NCBI GenBank assembly: GCA_951406725.2
Contig: OX597830.1
Coordinates: forward strand, 66,464,001-66,528,000
DNA from: Octopus vulgaris
Taxonomy: Eukaryota
Direction: 5' to 3'
DNA: 64,000 nucleotides
The first letter of the stretch is position 1. Each line of letters starts with the position of its first letter. Both the position numbers and the translations under genes were made by a program. Positions 24,766 through 38,459 of the stretch are shown in pieces. Below the pieces are notes generated by a model that had not been told where the DNA came from, ran no database searches, and saw only the letters and a list, made by a program, of their open reading frames with translations.

Positions 24766-26046
24766 CAGGGTGGAGCAGAGAGGATGGACGTTTCTGAAAT
24801 GACTATTTCTCAGCCCCAGGAGAAGGGACATATGTCTGACAGGTACCATTCAGTCTGTGGTGTCAGAGCAATTTTTTTATTTTCAGGTGAGGCGATGGCA
24901 CTTTGGACAATAGAGCTTCACATGTTTGCCTACAATAGTTATGTGAACAATGATAAGTCTATTACAGCAGTTCAGTGTGAGTTTCAGTGCCACTTCAACA
25001 TTCACCAAAATCAGGCTGTTCCCAAGTGACAGTCTGGTGTGCTGTTGGAAAAGCTGCTGTCATTAGCCCTTACTTTTTTGAAGACAATAAAGGAAATGCT
25101 GTTACTGTGAACTCCGAGCGTTATATCAAGATGATAAACAATTTCTTTGTGCCTGAATTATGATAAAAACGTGGAAGCACAATGGCCCAGTGGTTAGGGC
25201 AGCGGACTCGCGGTCAGAGGATCGCGGTTTTGATTCCCAGACCGGGCGTTGTGTGTGTTTATTGAGCGAAAACACCTAAAGCTCCACAAGGCTCCGGCAG
25301 GGGGTGGTGGCGACCCCTGTTGTACTCTTTCGCCTCAAATTTCTCTCACTCCACTCTTACTTCCTGTTTCTGTTGTACCTGTATTTCAAGGGGCCGGCCT
25401 TGTCACTCTCTGTGTCACGCTGAATATCCCTGAGAACTACGTTAAGGGTGCACGTGTCTGTGGAGTGCTCAGCCACTTACACGTTAATTTCACGAGCAGG
25501 CTGTTCCGTTGATTCGGATCAACCGGAACCCTCATCGTCGTAACCGACGGAGTGCTTCCATCCCATGATAAAAACATGTCTATTCAATATGTGTAGTTTC
25601 AGCTGAATGGGACGTCAGCCCACATAGCCAGAGCATCAATCGATGTTCTTCGCCCTCTCTTTGGTGCCCACCGCATCTCCAGGTTTGCTGACATTCCTTG
25701 ACCCCTTCAGTCCCCTGATTTGTTTGTGTGTGATTATTTCTGTGGGGAAACCTCGAGGCATGTGTGTATGCACATAAGCCCCATACATTGGATGATTTGA
25801 AGGAAGCTATTCCCATGGAAGTTGCCCAAATTGACAGAGCAAAGCTGGAGAGAGTTGAGGCCAAGAACGCCTCCAGAATTGCATCAATGAAAACGGACAC
25901 CACATGATGGATGTTGTTTTCTACACTTGATTTTGACAAATGCTAATTCAATACAAACAAATTGATGTCAATATAATTTGTTGGCAGCTAAAATTAATGA
26001 TTATGTGAATTTTTCAGAAATGTCCATCCTCTCTGATCCACCCTGT
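24766..26046 (+). mobile_element. Decayed Tc1/mariner DNA transposon, DD41D (rosa-like) spacing, interrupted by a SINE
   Basis: TIRs CAGGGTGGAGCAGAGAGGATGGACGTTTCTGAAA / TTTCAGAAATGTCCATCCTCTCTGATCCACCCTG. Transposase remnants VWCAV...ISPYFFED...TVNSERYIKM and FQLNGTSAH...SPDLFVCDYF(LWG), with 41 codons between the 2nd catalytic position (here N) and the 3rd D. Contains stops and frameshifts. Confidence 0.9.
25171..25564 (+). mobile_element. SINE family D inserted in the transposase
   Basis: Target-site duplication ATGATAAAAAC at 25160-25170 and 25565-25575. Confidence 0.9.
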
Positions 26047-26331
26047 TACCCTGTATATATATATAGGTATGTATGTATATATGTGTATATATATATATGT
26101 GTGTGTGTGTGCGCGCGTGCACACATGCATGTGGGTGTTTATGTCTTTTTGTCTGTTTTTGTCTCCCACTATTGCTTAACAACTGATGTTGGTGTGTTCA
26201 GAACCCTGTAACTTTGAGGTTCATCAAAAGAGAGCGATAGAATAAATACTAGGCTTAAGATGAATTGACTGGGTTCGATTCATTCAACTAAAAAATTTTC
26301 AAGTAAAAGATAAAAGATTATACACACACAA

Positions 26332-26378
<47 letters not shown>

Positions 26379-26621
26379 CGACGTATATATACACAATGCA
26401 GACATATAAGTAATTTATCTATTATAAAATATAATAATATAAATTATTTACATGTTTTTAAGTTACGAAACAATTTGTTGTGATATGTGAATTTTCCTAT
26501 TGTTAAATAAAATTTCATCAAACTACTTGTCATTTATGACCATATACATCATGCATAAATACAAACAAGAAATCTTGAAATAAACTGAATAATGACATAT
26601 AATATATGTATATATATTTGT

Positions 26622-26835
<214 letters not shown>

Positions 26836-27026
26836 CTCTATACACACACACACACACACACATACATATATATATGAAAGAATGGAGCTGAACGACGGAT
26901 TAACAAAATTCCTTTATTTTCGACATATGTTTCGAAGGCTGTTTTTTATGATGTGAATTTGCTACCCAGGTATCGGTTAATTCGAATTATCCTTAATAAG
27001 ATAATTCATTCAACTACTAAATATTC

Positions 27027-27073
<47 letters not shown>

Positions 27074-27075
27074 CA

Positions 27076-27468
27076 GTGCAGGAGTGGCTGTGTGGTAAGT
27101 AGCTTGCTTACCAACCACGTGGTCCTGGGTTCAGTCCCACTGTGTGACACCTTGGGCAAGTGTCTTCTACTATAGCCTTGGGCTATAGTAGAAGTGAGTG
27201 GATTTGGTAGACGGAAACTGGAAGAAGCCTGTTGTATTTATATATATATATGTATATGTATGTGTGTGTATATCTTTGTGTGTCTGTGTTTGTCCCACCA
27301 ACATTGCTTGACAACTGATGGTGGTGTGTTTACATCCCTGTAACTTAGAATAAGTACTAAGCTTACAAAGAATAAGTCCTGGGGTCGATTTGCTTGACTA
27401 AAGGCAGTGCTCCAGCCTGGCCACAGTCAAATGACTGAAACAAGTAAAAGAATAAAAGAATAAAGAAT
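27076..27468 (+). mobile_element. SINE family A
   Basis: Homology to 348-747 with small internal deletions. Confidence 0.85.
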
Positions 27469-27780
27469 ATACTTACTTACACACACACACACACACATAT
27501 ATACGTGTGTGTGTGTTTGTGTATAATAAGCTCGTTATCATTATCGTTCTTAAGGCAACAGATAATTGCTGGTAAATTGTTCCAAATGCTTAACACCATT
27601 TCTTCTGGCTCATGGCATTCTGAGTTCAGATTCAATTGAGGTCAACTTTGTCTTTCATCCTTTCAAGGTCGATAAAATATATATAACAACTTAGCACTGG
27701 GGCCCATGTAATTGGCTAACACCCTCCTGGTGAAATTACTGGTTTGCACCAAAATTTGAAATAAATATTATTATTATTGT

Positions 27781-27970
27781 TACCTCTGCCTTAGTGAAGC
27801 CTGGGGTGTTGTTTACAGTCGTGTTTGTTTGTCTGTTTGTCCATGGACAAGATATCTCAAGAACTGCTGGATGGATTTGGATGAAACTTTCAGGGATGTT
27901 TGGCCTCATGACTGGCATGAATTGATAAGATTTTGGGATCAATCCGGTATCAGACAAGGATTCCGGATTA
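27781..27970 (+). mobile_element. Helentron/DINE-1-like non-autonomous element fragment
   Basis: (GTYT)n tract followed by GATATCTCAAGAACTGCTGGATGGATTTGGATGAAACTTT, the typical layout of Helentron-associated elements. Confidence 0.55.
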
Positions 27971-28568
27971 TTTGTTACATTTACTTTACGTGATTGCAAT
28001 CTTATGTTGACTTTCAAGTCTTTCTCAATTATCTCCCTTTAGGACGTTTCCAAAGTTTTATTTTCGTTTCTCAATTATTAATTTTACTCGCATCTCTGTC
28101 TTAGTAGAAACTGATGGGTAAAGAAATCAAACTACACAAACAATTGACAGCAAAATCATTCAGAATTTAAATAACACTAACATACTTTTATGACACATAT
28201 TATATATTAAGATATACATATTAACACTTTACAGTATACTTACATATATACATACATCTATATATCGATCTAAAACAACAGGAATATTAAAGGAAGGCCA
28301 GAATTTAAGAGAAGACAAAACCAAAAGGCCTCATGCACCTGAACCCCACAAAAAACACATATTGCCTACAGCAGACCCCAAAATGCTGCCCAGGGTGGAC
28401 CACCCCTACTGCCATTCCTCTAGCTATGCTAGTGCTTGCCAGTTACTGCTGGCACTTATTCTATCAGTATCTTTTGCTGAACTGCTAAGTTACAGGGATG
28501 TCAACACACCAACACTGGCTGTAAAGCAGTGGTGGGGGTGACAAACACGCATACATACATACATATAT

Positions 28569-28597
<29 letters not shown>

Positions 28598-28599
<2 letters not shown>

Positions 28600-29305
28600 C
28601 ATCATCATCATCATCGTCGTTTAACGTCCGTTCTCCATGCTAGCATGGGTTGGACGGTTCGACCGGGGATCTGGGAAGCCAGAAGGCTGCACCAGGCTCC
28701 AGTCTGATCTGGCAGTGTTTCTACAGCTGGATGCCCTTCCTAACGCCAACCACTCCGTGAGTGTAGTGGGTGCTTTTTACGTGCCACCTGCACAGGTGCC
28801 AGGCGGGGCTGGCAACGGCCACGGTCAGATTGGTGTATTTTATGTGCCACTGGCACGGAAGCCAGTCGAGGCGGTGCTGGCATCGGCCACGAGTCGGATA
28901 GTGCTTATATATATATATATATACACATATGTATGACGGGCTTCTTTCGTTTTCTCTCTGTGAAATCAATGCCAAGTTCACCTGACTGGCTCCCATTCTG
29001 ATGGCACATAAAAAGCACCATCCGAACGTGGCCAATGCCAGTACCCACTGACTGGCTCCTGTGCGAGTGGCATGTAAAAAGCACTATCTGAATGTGATTG
29101 AGGCCAGGCCTGCCTGATTCCTGTGCTGGAGGCATGTGAAAAGCACCCACTACACTATCAGACTGGTTGGTGGAAGGGCATCCAGCTGTTGAAACATTGC
29201 CAGATCAGATTGGAGCCTGGTGCAGCCTCCTGGCTTCCCAGACTTCAGTCAAACCATTCAACCCGTGCCAGCATGGAAAACATATTAAATGATGATGATG
29301 ATAAT
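28598..29305. mobile_element. Two family C copies in opposite orientation (28598-28905 minus; 28975-29305 plus)
   Basis: Conserved tail motifs on both strands; the pair lies inside a fragmented family A SINE. Confidence 0.8.
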
Positions 29306-29532
29306 GAAATCCACTCACAAAGCTTTTGTTGGCCTGAGGCTATGGTAGAAGACACTTTCCCAAGGTGCCACACCATGGGACTGCACCCAGAACCATGTGA
29401 TTGGAAAGCAAGCTTCTAATCCCACAGCCATACCCATATATTTTTAGACTGACACCATAGGATAGATGTGAGAAACCAGATCTGGCTGTTTGAGCATAAA
29501 AAGGTCGAATATTTGGGCTAGATATAACTGGT

Positions 29533-29996
29533 TTAATCCTTTCATTACCAACCTGGCTGAAACCGCCTCTGGCTCTGTAGTACAAATATCTTATTTTCAA
29601 AAGTTCTGAATTAAAATCTTCCACCAAACCTTTGTCACAATTTATGTTCCTAACACTAGCTGAATGATAACTAAGTTGTTTTACTAAATCCTTTGTTATA
29701 TTTAAAGTAATTGAAAGAAACACAGAGCATCTCAAGGAGGAATTACAAACGTGTTTCGTGGTCTACTACCATAACAGCTCCTTTATAGGATCCAGTTAGC
29801 TCAAGACATCATCAGGAGGAACCACGTCTGGTTTCGGCCCCTACTCCTCTACCGTTGTGACATGCCCCCCCCTTTTTTTTGGAGGTGTCTTCAGCTCTGG
29901 TGTTGGGTGCATGTCTTTTTTCTTCTGTTCCCTGGCTTCTTCGATGTATCGTCAGCAAGTGTCAGCCAGTGATACATACAGTAATGAAAGGGTTAA
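29533..29996. mobile_element. piggyBac-like MITE (TTAA target) nested in another piggyBac-like MITE
   Basis: TTAA-TCCTTTCATTAC ... GTAATGAAAGGG-TTAA. The flanks align with the family at 45016-45203 and 51687-51904. Confidence 0.7.
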
Positions 29997-30263
29997 ATGC
30001 TAAATGGTCAAGGATGAATTTTAAAGCAGTGAGCTTGCAGAATTGGTAGCACACCAAATAAAAGAATTGACAGCATTTCTTCAAGTTTGGAGTTCAAATG
30101 GTGCCACCAAGGCCAACTTTACCTTTCATCGTTTTGAGGTCAATAAAATAAAGCATGAGTGAATTAGTGGCATATAAAATTGCTAGCCTTGTGCCAAAAT
30201 TAGAAGGGATTAACAGGATGAACCTTTGATACCACCCTATCTCAGTTGGTTATCTGGTACAAA

Positions 30264-30495
30264 AAGGCGGCGAGCTGGCAGAATCGTTGGCACGCTGCGC
30301 GAAATGCGTAGCCGTATTTTGTCTGTCGTTGCGTTCCGAGTTCAAATTCCGCCAAGGTTGACTTTGCCTTTCATCCTTTCGGGGTCGATAAATTAAGTAC
30401 CAGTTACGCACTGGAGTCGATGTAATCGACTCAATCCCTTTGTCTGTCCTTGTTTGTCTCCTCTATGTTTAGCCCCTTGTGGGTAGTAAACAAAT
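30264..30495 (+). mobile_element. SINE family B, full length
   Basis: Homology to 12755-12981. Confidence 0.9.
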
Positions 30496-31328
30496 ATATC
30501 TGGTACCCTGTTGTTTTAACCATTTCTAGCTTTCTTTATACTTAAGCATAAATAAACTCAGATCGTGTAATGTTCTTCTAAAGTTTTAGCATGTGATTCT
30601 AACTAATTATTAACATTGATGCTTTAAATTCCAATGTACCAGACCCTATTTCCTATTTAGAAGCTAACTAAACCATTCTTTTTATTGGAGAAACTTACAG
30701 AATAAGAAGCTAAAGGAACAAACAGATACAAACAGCATGTGTGCATGCGTACATGCACGCATGCACAAGTAAATCCTCTAAACAGCCTCGTTTTTACCAT
30801 ATCTTCTCTGTTGGAATTCGTGAAAATTAAACATTTTCCCATAACATCTCTGTCAGAGTTCCTGGGGATAAATTGCTCTCTCAGCACCACGTTTCCTTTT
30901 GGCTGCAGAGTGAAAGAGTTCTATTAGTCTGTCTGTCTGTCTGAATGTCTGTCTCTGTCTATCTGTCTCTCTCTCTGTCTCTCTGTCTCTCTCTCTCTCC
31001 CTGTCTCTCTCATAAACCTTCTCTCTATCTCATTCCTGATCTTTGTTTTTCTCTCACCATCCTCTGCTTCTTCACTCCCAAATGTCCCTAACTGTCGCTT
31101 TTTCTCTTTTACAGACACTCAAATATATTTTCTTATGTGTGTATACATGCTGATGCAGTAAACATACTCATATACATAAACATGCACACACACACACACA
31201 CACAATATGGGTACATAGGTTTATTAATATAATGCACACACACACACATTCTTACACACACACACATTACACATAACAGCTTGGGTTTGGTATACATGCA
31301 AAACATGTTGTCTATATATTACACACAC

Positions 31329-31359
<31 letters not shown>

Positions 31360-31554
31360 TCATCATCATTTATCATTTAACGTCTGGTTTCCATGCTAGC
31401 ATGGGTTGGACGATTTGACTGAGGTTTGGCGAACCAGACTTCAATCTATATCTATATGTATATATATAGATATATATATATTTTATATTTTACAAATACA
31501 CATTCTGTTCATAATTCATAGAGATGCACACATCTTTAAGCTTAAATACAAACC

Positions 31555-31592
<38 letters not shown>

Positions 31593-31818
31593 TGCATGTG
31601 TGTGTGTTGTTTGTTTGTGTGTCGCGGGTGTATACATCTACCAAATCCACTCACAAGGCTTTGGTCGGCCCAAGGCTATAGTAGACAACACTTGCCCAAG
31701 GTGCCACGCAGTGGGACTGAACCCGGAACCATGTGGTTGGTAAACAAGCTACTTACGACACAGCCACTCCTTATATTCGTATTTGAATTTATTGTGTAGT
31801 CTTGCAAAGTAAATACAC

Positions 31819-31853
<35 letters not shown>

Positions 31854-32254
31854 CATACACACACACATATTATCTTTACAACTTCGGAAATTTATGATAC
31901 AGATGTGTTGTGTGCAGCCAATAGAGCTCAGCTGCAAGTGTTCCAATGTTTCTAATAAAACTTTCTTTGTTTTGCCTTTGTTGTCCAATAAACACTGCTG
32001 AGTTGTCCTTATCTTTTTGTTTCTGAATTTTTGAAATTGTAAAGGTAATTTATGAACACCCAGTGTATGTGTATATATATATATATATGTGTGTGTGTTT
32101 GTGTGTGTGTGTATGTAATGGGCTAGTGGTTAGGGCAGTAGACTCATGGGCGTGGGATCGCAGTTTCGATTCCCAGACTGGGCTTTGTGAGTGTTTATTG
32201 AGCTATTGGAACCCTCATCGTCGCCACCAACAGAGTGCCACGATATATATATAT

Positions 32255-32485
32255 ATTTCTTTACTACCCACAAGGGGCTAAACACAGAGGAGACAAACAA
32301 GGACAGACAAACGGATTAAGTCGATTACATCGACTCCAGTGCATAACTGGTACTTAATTTATCGACCCCAGAAGGATGAAAGGCAAAGTCGACCTCGGCG
32401 GAATTTGAACTCGGAACGTATAGGCAGACGAAATATGGCAACGCATTTCGTCCGGCATGCTAACGTTTCTGCCAGCTCACCGCCT
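32255..32485 (-). mobile_element. SINE family B
   Basis: Homology to 12755-12981. Confidence 0.9.
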
Positions 32486-32504
32486 TCTTATTTATATATA
32501 CACA

Positions 32505-32669
32505 CTGTTGTGTCTGGGGAGAGTCATTCTCTTTTAGTGCCTTATAATTTAACACACTCACCGGTAAAATAATAAGGCAGTAAAAGAGAATGACTCTCCC
32601 CAGACACAACAGAAAATGCTTCAACACACGAACTCATATAAAGAATCTTGCAAACCGAATCCAAAAACG

Positions 32670-32673
<4 letters not shown>
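32505..32673. mobile_element. TA-embedded foldback element (arms 32505-32545 / 32572-32612)
   Basis: Same family as 61596-61927; diverged relatives near 10420-10480 and 33920-33980. Confidence 0.75.
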
Positions 32674-32702
<29 letters not shown>

Positions 32703-32705
<3 letters not shown>

Positions 32706-33118
32706 GGCAGACACCCATAAAATGATCAACCATCGCACAAACAATAACTCTGAGCACCTCTTCAAACTCCACCCATCTAACACCCGTGGACATATTTACA
32801 AAGTAAGAAAACAGCACAGCTCCCATGACTTCAGGAAACATTTTTTCACACTGAGAGTTGCTGAAGCATGGAACAAACTGCCGGCATCGGTTGTTAGTTG
32901 TCGGAGCACTGCATCCTTCAAAACTTCCATGCTTCCTGAGATTCGCCAACACTACACCTGATTTTCTCCCCTCCATACACACGCAAGCATGTATCTGACT
33001 CATACACTGTTCACTTTCCAGACATTTTTACATTACTGCATATGCTTTATATGCACTTTTTGACAAGTTGTGGTGCACCTGAGCACTATATACAATAATT
33101 TCATTATTATTATTATTA
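32703..33118 (+). mobile_element. CR1/L2-group LINE 3' end (ORF2 C-terminus, 3' UTR, (ATT)n tail)
   Basis: Translation TRGHIYKVRKQHSSHDFRKHFFTLRVAEAWNKLPASVVSCRSTASFK contains the classic TRGH..K, FF..RV...WN.LP..VV motif. Confidence 0.9.
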
Positions 33119-33471
33119 TATATATATTGCATTATGTTACAGAGATCAAATGTGCATACGCACACACACACACACACATATGTACACACTTGCATACACA
33201 AAGATATTCATATGCATGTGCGTGTATGTGTGTATATGTGCGCACATGTGTGTGTGTGTGTGTGTGTTTTGACATTTACTCGATCTCTGAAAACAAAAGA
33301 CTCACTCAAACAGTATTGTTTTGCTTCCTGTTCTCTGCATGAACGTGTCCTGTCTGTTGTTCGATGGATCGGGAAGATAATTACCTCACTTAGACACAAG
33401 TGATGCTGGGTGTGGCAACAAGTAGGGCATCCAGCTTTAGCAAACTTTGCCCTGGTATCTCTCATCATGGT

Positions 33472-33474
<3 letters not shown>

Positions 33475-33511
<37 letters not shown>

Positions 33512-33800
33512 TGTTTAACGTCTGTTTTCCATGCTTGCATGGGTTGGACGGTCCGACCGGGGTCTGGGAAGCCAGGAGGCTGCACCAGGCTCCAGTCTTA
33601 TCTGGCAGTGTTTCTACAGCTGGATGCCCTTACTAACACCAACCACTCTGTCTGTGAGTGTAGTGGGTGCTTTTTACGTGCCACCAGCATCAAAGGTAGG
33701 CTGGCAATGGCCACGAACGGTTGGTGCTTTTTACATGCCACTGGCACGAAGCCAGTAAAGGCGGCGCTAGTATCGGCCATGTATGGATGGTGCTTTTTGT
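33475..33800 (-). mobile_element. Repeat family C
   Basis: Homology to 18445-18795. Confidence 0.85.
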
Positions 33801-34821
33801 AGACATTAAATCAAGGACAATGTGCAGTATTAGTTTCTACTATAAGGCACAATGCAACATATTTGGCAGGAGTGTACAGGGTTGAATAAACAATCCCCAT
33901 TGGTACTTATTTTATTTTATGAATTTAGTTTGCAAGATTCCTAATGTGAAATCCTGTGTTGAAACAGATATTGTTATTGTATGATACAAATAAGAAGATG
34001 ATATTCTTTCGAACACAGAGTTGCCATTAGGACAACAGAAATACTGGATAAATTACCCTTTCAAGGTGGAAAAATTTGCCAGCAACCAGGCATGGGACTT
34101 GAACCCATATACTCTTTTACTCTTTTACTTGTGTCAATCATTTGACTGAAAGGGGTGGAAATTTCTATGGGGGTGTTGAAGAAAAGTGGGGTGGTGATGG
34201 AGTAGCGATTCATGTAAAAACAACAAAATAGCAGGTTTATTAGATTAAGATTTATTTGTGAAATACAGTTGCTTTGAATTTGCTTCAAAAAGTGGTTTGT
34301 GTTTGTGGTGGTTAGTTGGGGTGGGGGCGGTAGGAATGTGGCCTGGGTGTCAAGGGGGTGGCTGCCCAAAAATGTTTGGGAACCACTGCGCTAAACTTAG
34401 TGGTGTAATGTTATTGGATATAACGATTTTAAATTTGTAAGTGGTACATAAATATTGATGACTTGTAAGGATATTGTAGTTCATTATGCAACCATATTAT
34501 GCTACAAAGTATATTAAACATTTTTATAAATCAAAACTGTGTTCTGCTGTGTTAGCAGTGCTATTATATTACTTGTTAAGGTCTCTCTACAGATTTTCTA
34601 TAGAAATTATAACCAGTACTGATTCTGTTATGACTTTTCGTATCCAAGACACCAGATCTAAACAAACAATGAGTATATTATGGTTGCATTATGAAATACC
34701 GTGTCCCTACAAATTATTAATATGTAAATGCAGTGTTATATATGTGTGTGTGTGCATGTGTATGTATATATATATATATATATATTTATGTATGTATGTA
34801 TGTATGTATCATGTATGTATG

Positions 34822-34883
<62 letters not shown>

Positions 34884-35164
34884 CATGTATATAAATATGC
34901 ATACATATGGAGTGGTTGGCGTTAGGAAGGGCATCCAGCCTTAGAAACATTGCCAAATCAGACTGGGCCTGGTGCAGCCTTCTGGCTTCCCAGACCCCCA
35001 CCCAGTTGAACTGTCCAACCCATGCTAGTATGGAAAGCGGATGCTAAACGAAGATGATGATGATGATGATGATGATGTATGTATGTATGTATGTATGTAT
35101 GTATATATTTGTGTATAGAAATTAAGTTTCCATGTAGAATAATATTTGGAATTTTCTGTTTTAG

Positions 35165-35199
35165 GTAATCCTGAGATGGCAGCACTTTCTGTTGGAAAG
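35165..35199 (+). other. Candidate 35-nt exon of an unidentified host gene
   Basis: Acceptor ATTTTCTGTTTTAG|, donor AAG|GTAAGA, open frame NPEMAALSVGK in non-repetitive sequence. No homology recognised. Confidence 0.25.
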
Positions 35200-35724
35200 G
35201 TAAGAGAAATTTCTTTGTTTCTTCATTTGTAGATTTGGAATTTTCACTTTGATGATGACGACGACGACCACCACCATCATTATCATCATTGCCATTGTGA
35301 AATCCCTTGTAGTTGAATATAAATTCTCATAATTGAGTACATGCTTCAGTGTAATGAAATACAATTCCTTTAAAGCAGTAAATTCTTCATTATAATGGGG
35401 GTACAGTCTGTTAAATGGTTAATGGTTAATGTTATTGGAATTTTTCTAATAAAACTTTGTAAGGTGTTAGGAAGAGCATCCAACCAACACCCCCACCTAG
35501 AAAAAGAAAAAAAAAACAAAAGAAATACAAGTGAAACATTTGAGTGAAATGCATTTCTCTCAATTATCTTGGATGAAGTAACTCTGAACAAGAACTGGTT
35601 CTGTCTGCAACAGCAATGTCCATGCTATGCCATCATGGAAAGCAAATGTAAAAAATGATAATAATGACGACAATGATGATGATGATTATTATCATCATCA
35701 TCATCATCATCATCATCATTATTA

Positions 35725-36280
35725 TTGAGTGAGAGAGCAGTGCATGCCATCAAAATGACACTGGGGTAAAATACACGAAGCCCAGTATACCCATCATGAC
35801 TACCTGTCTGATAAGGGTACACCAGGCACATGCATCACAACCACATGTGCAGGACATGGTGATCTCATATCAAGATAAACAGCGCATGACCTTGCAAGTG
35901 GGGTCCAGTTAGAGTTTTCTTCAGGTCGAGTAACCCATCCCGCTCAAAAGGTCCCTGAATAAGGATTGTTTAAGGATGATAAACAAAACATCCATGTTTC
36001 CAAAGGTGAATTATCCAAACCCCAAAGAATCCCTCTCAGCACATGGTTATGCTACTCCCCAACTACTTCTGCTCGTGATCAGAGATGCACATATCGTCAG
36101 CCACCAAGGGACATGGTCAACTGGTTAAGGTCAAACAACAGACAAGCAAATTTGTGGTATTGAGCTGAGTATTTGCTGTAGCCCATCTTTTATACTAAGA
36201 CAAAACAATGTACATGATAACACTTCCAATCAGTTAAGATCAGAAGCCATGAGAGCCACTGCACGGTACTGCATCAGGGC

Positions 36281-36282
<2 letters not shown>
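35725..36282. mobile_element. ~560-bp non-coding element inserted in an (ATC/ATT)n tract, class unknown
   Basis: Higher-GC, complex segment sharply bounded by trinucleotide repeats on both sides; no credible ORF. Confidence 0.45.
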
Positions 36283-36337
<55 letters not shown>

Positions 36338-36484
36338 TACTATTACTATTACTATTACTATTATTATTATTATCATTATTATTATTATTATTATTACTAT
36401 TACTATTACTATTACTATTACTATTATTATTATTATCATTATTATTATTATTATTATTACTATTACTATTACTATTACTATTAC

Positions 36485-36526
<42 letters not shown>

Positions 36527-36702
36527 TACTATTACTATTACTATTACTATTATTATTATTATCATTATTATTATTATTATTATTACTATTACTATTACTA
36601 TTACTATTACTATTATTATTATTATCATTATTATTATTATTATTATTACTATTACTATTACTATTACTATTACTATTATTATTATTATCATTATTATTAT
36701 TA
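36282..36702. repeat. Higher-order microsatellite, 63-bp unit built from ATT/ACT/ATC triplets
   Basis: The ORF translation repeats I12-TITITITIT (21 codons) about 6 times. Confidence 0.9.
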
Positions 36703-37751
36703 ATAGAATCTTTCTAAAGTTACATGTGACATATTCATAATGATGGCATCTATGGGTGCACGAATGACGAGTTTGGTATCGTAAGGCAGGACTAATAACC
36801 CAATCAACACAGCCGTCGAGTATGTCTCTAATTGGAGCCAAAGTTCCAGTGGCATGGCTTACCGAAATAATTGGAACTCTAGTTTGAAGTGATAAAGCAC
36901 CAGCAATTGCAAAGAATCAGAGACCTTTGTGACACTTGGTTATTGACGTTGCACTGTAATGTAAGGATGGAAGCGGAAAATGAACCATCGATCGATCTGT
37001 CTACTTCTGATATTTTGAGAATTTTATTAACTCTGCAAGCTGTGACTCCTAATGCCATTTGGTGAGCAGTTATTGTTAGTAAACACATGCAAAAAAAGGG
37101 TGAGGTGAAATTAATATTGTCAGTGGTATATTAAAAATGGGTTTGGAAGTTTATTGGATTGAAAGTTAATTAAATATTGGCTTTTTTTGGTCGTTTTATT
37201 TGGATTTGGATTTTTAGATGACAGTTTTTATTTATTTTTATTTGTTTTAATTTCTCGTGTATTTATTATTCCCATTTCTTATTATTTTAGTTTATTTATT
37301 TATTATTGTGATTTATTATTTATTTATTTGGTGAAAGACTAAGTTGATTTGGTAACATGCTGCAGAGCAAACCTGTTGAACTCTCATACACAAGCGTGGC
37401 TAAACAGATGTTGAAACATAATCATGTTATGCATGTTAGGTATTTAGGTTTCATAGTTTCCCAGGTGCCTTTGTACAATACTTCCAAATGCCTGGACATG
37501 TCTTTTTTTGTTGTGTGTTTCTTTTTGTGTGTGTTTTTGTTCTTCCTGTTATTGATTATAACCAAATGTTACTTTTCGCATGAGCCATTTGACAAAAACT
37601 TTTTTACTTCCACGTAGTCATTGGATTTCCTCACTTCATTTCATTTTTGCTTTATATTCATTTCTTGTGCTTCAGTTAACTCATGGCAAAGATTGTAAAA
37701 GATTTTGTGATATTATTCAGTTAGACGTAGGTGGGCGGTATTGTTGGGCTA

Positions 37752-37985
37752 AGGCGGCGAGCTGGCAGAAACGTTAGCACGTCGGGCGAAATGCGTAGCC
37801 GTATTTTGTCTGTCGTTACGTTCTGAGTTCAAATTCCGCCGAGGTTGACTTTGCCTTTCATCCTTTCGGGGTTGATTAAATAAGTACCAGTTACGCACTG
37901 GGGTCGATGTAATTGACTTAATCCGTTTGTGTCCTTGTTTGTCCTCTCTGTGTTTAGCCCCTTGTGGGTAGTAAAGAAATAGGTA
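37752..37985 (+). mobile_element. SINE family B, full length with TSD
   Basis: GGTATTGTTGGGCTA is duplicated on both sides. Confidence 0.9.
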
Positions 37986-38382
37986 TTGTTGGGCTAGAAG
38001 TAGGTTTGGGTTATTGTTGAGATAAAGGCAAGAATGTAGTATTATTGAGGTAAAGGTAAACCTGAGCTATTATTGAGATAAAATGGGTAAGTATTGTTGA
38101 GGCAGTAGTAGTGTTTGGTATTGTTGAGGTAGAGGTAAGACCATGGTGTTAGTAGTACAAAGTCAGTTAAAACTGTTTGATAAATCTAATCAGATGAGAA
38201 TCTCACTGTACACATATTTTAATATATCAACTCTTTGTAAAAGATTATCGGTATGTTAGGTGAGATGGAATTGTATTTTGTGCTGCCTTTCAAAATACTG
38301 TTTTATATACATACATTTCCCCATCTTTCTCTGTATATATATATATATACATATATATATAATATAAAAAAAAAAAAAAAAA

Positions 38383-38456
<74 letters not shown>

Positions 38457-38459
<3 letters not shown>

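Noticed and set aside
25171-25250. tRNA-Arg(TCG)-like sequence
   Set aside because: It is a SINE head continuing into a repeat body with a TSD and lacks a proper acceptor stem.
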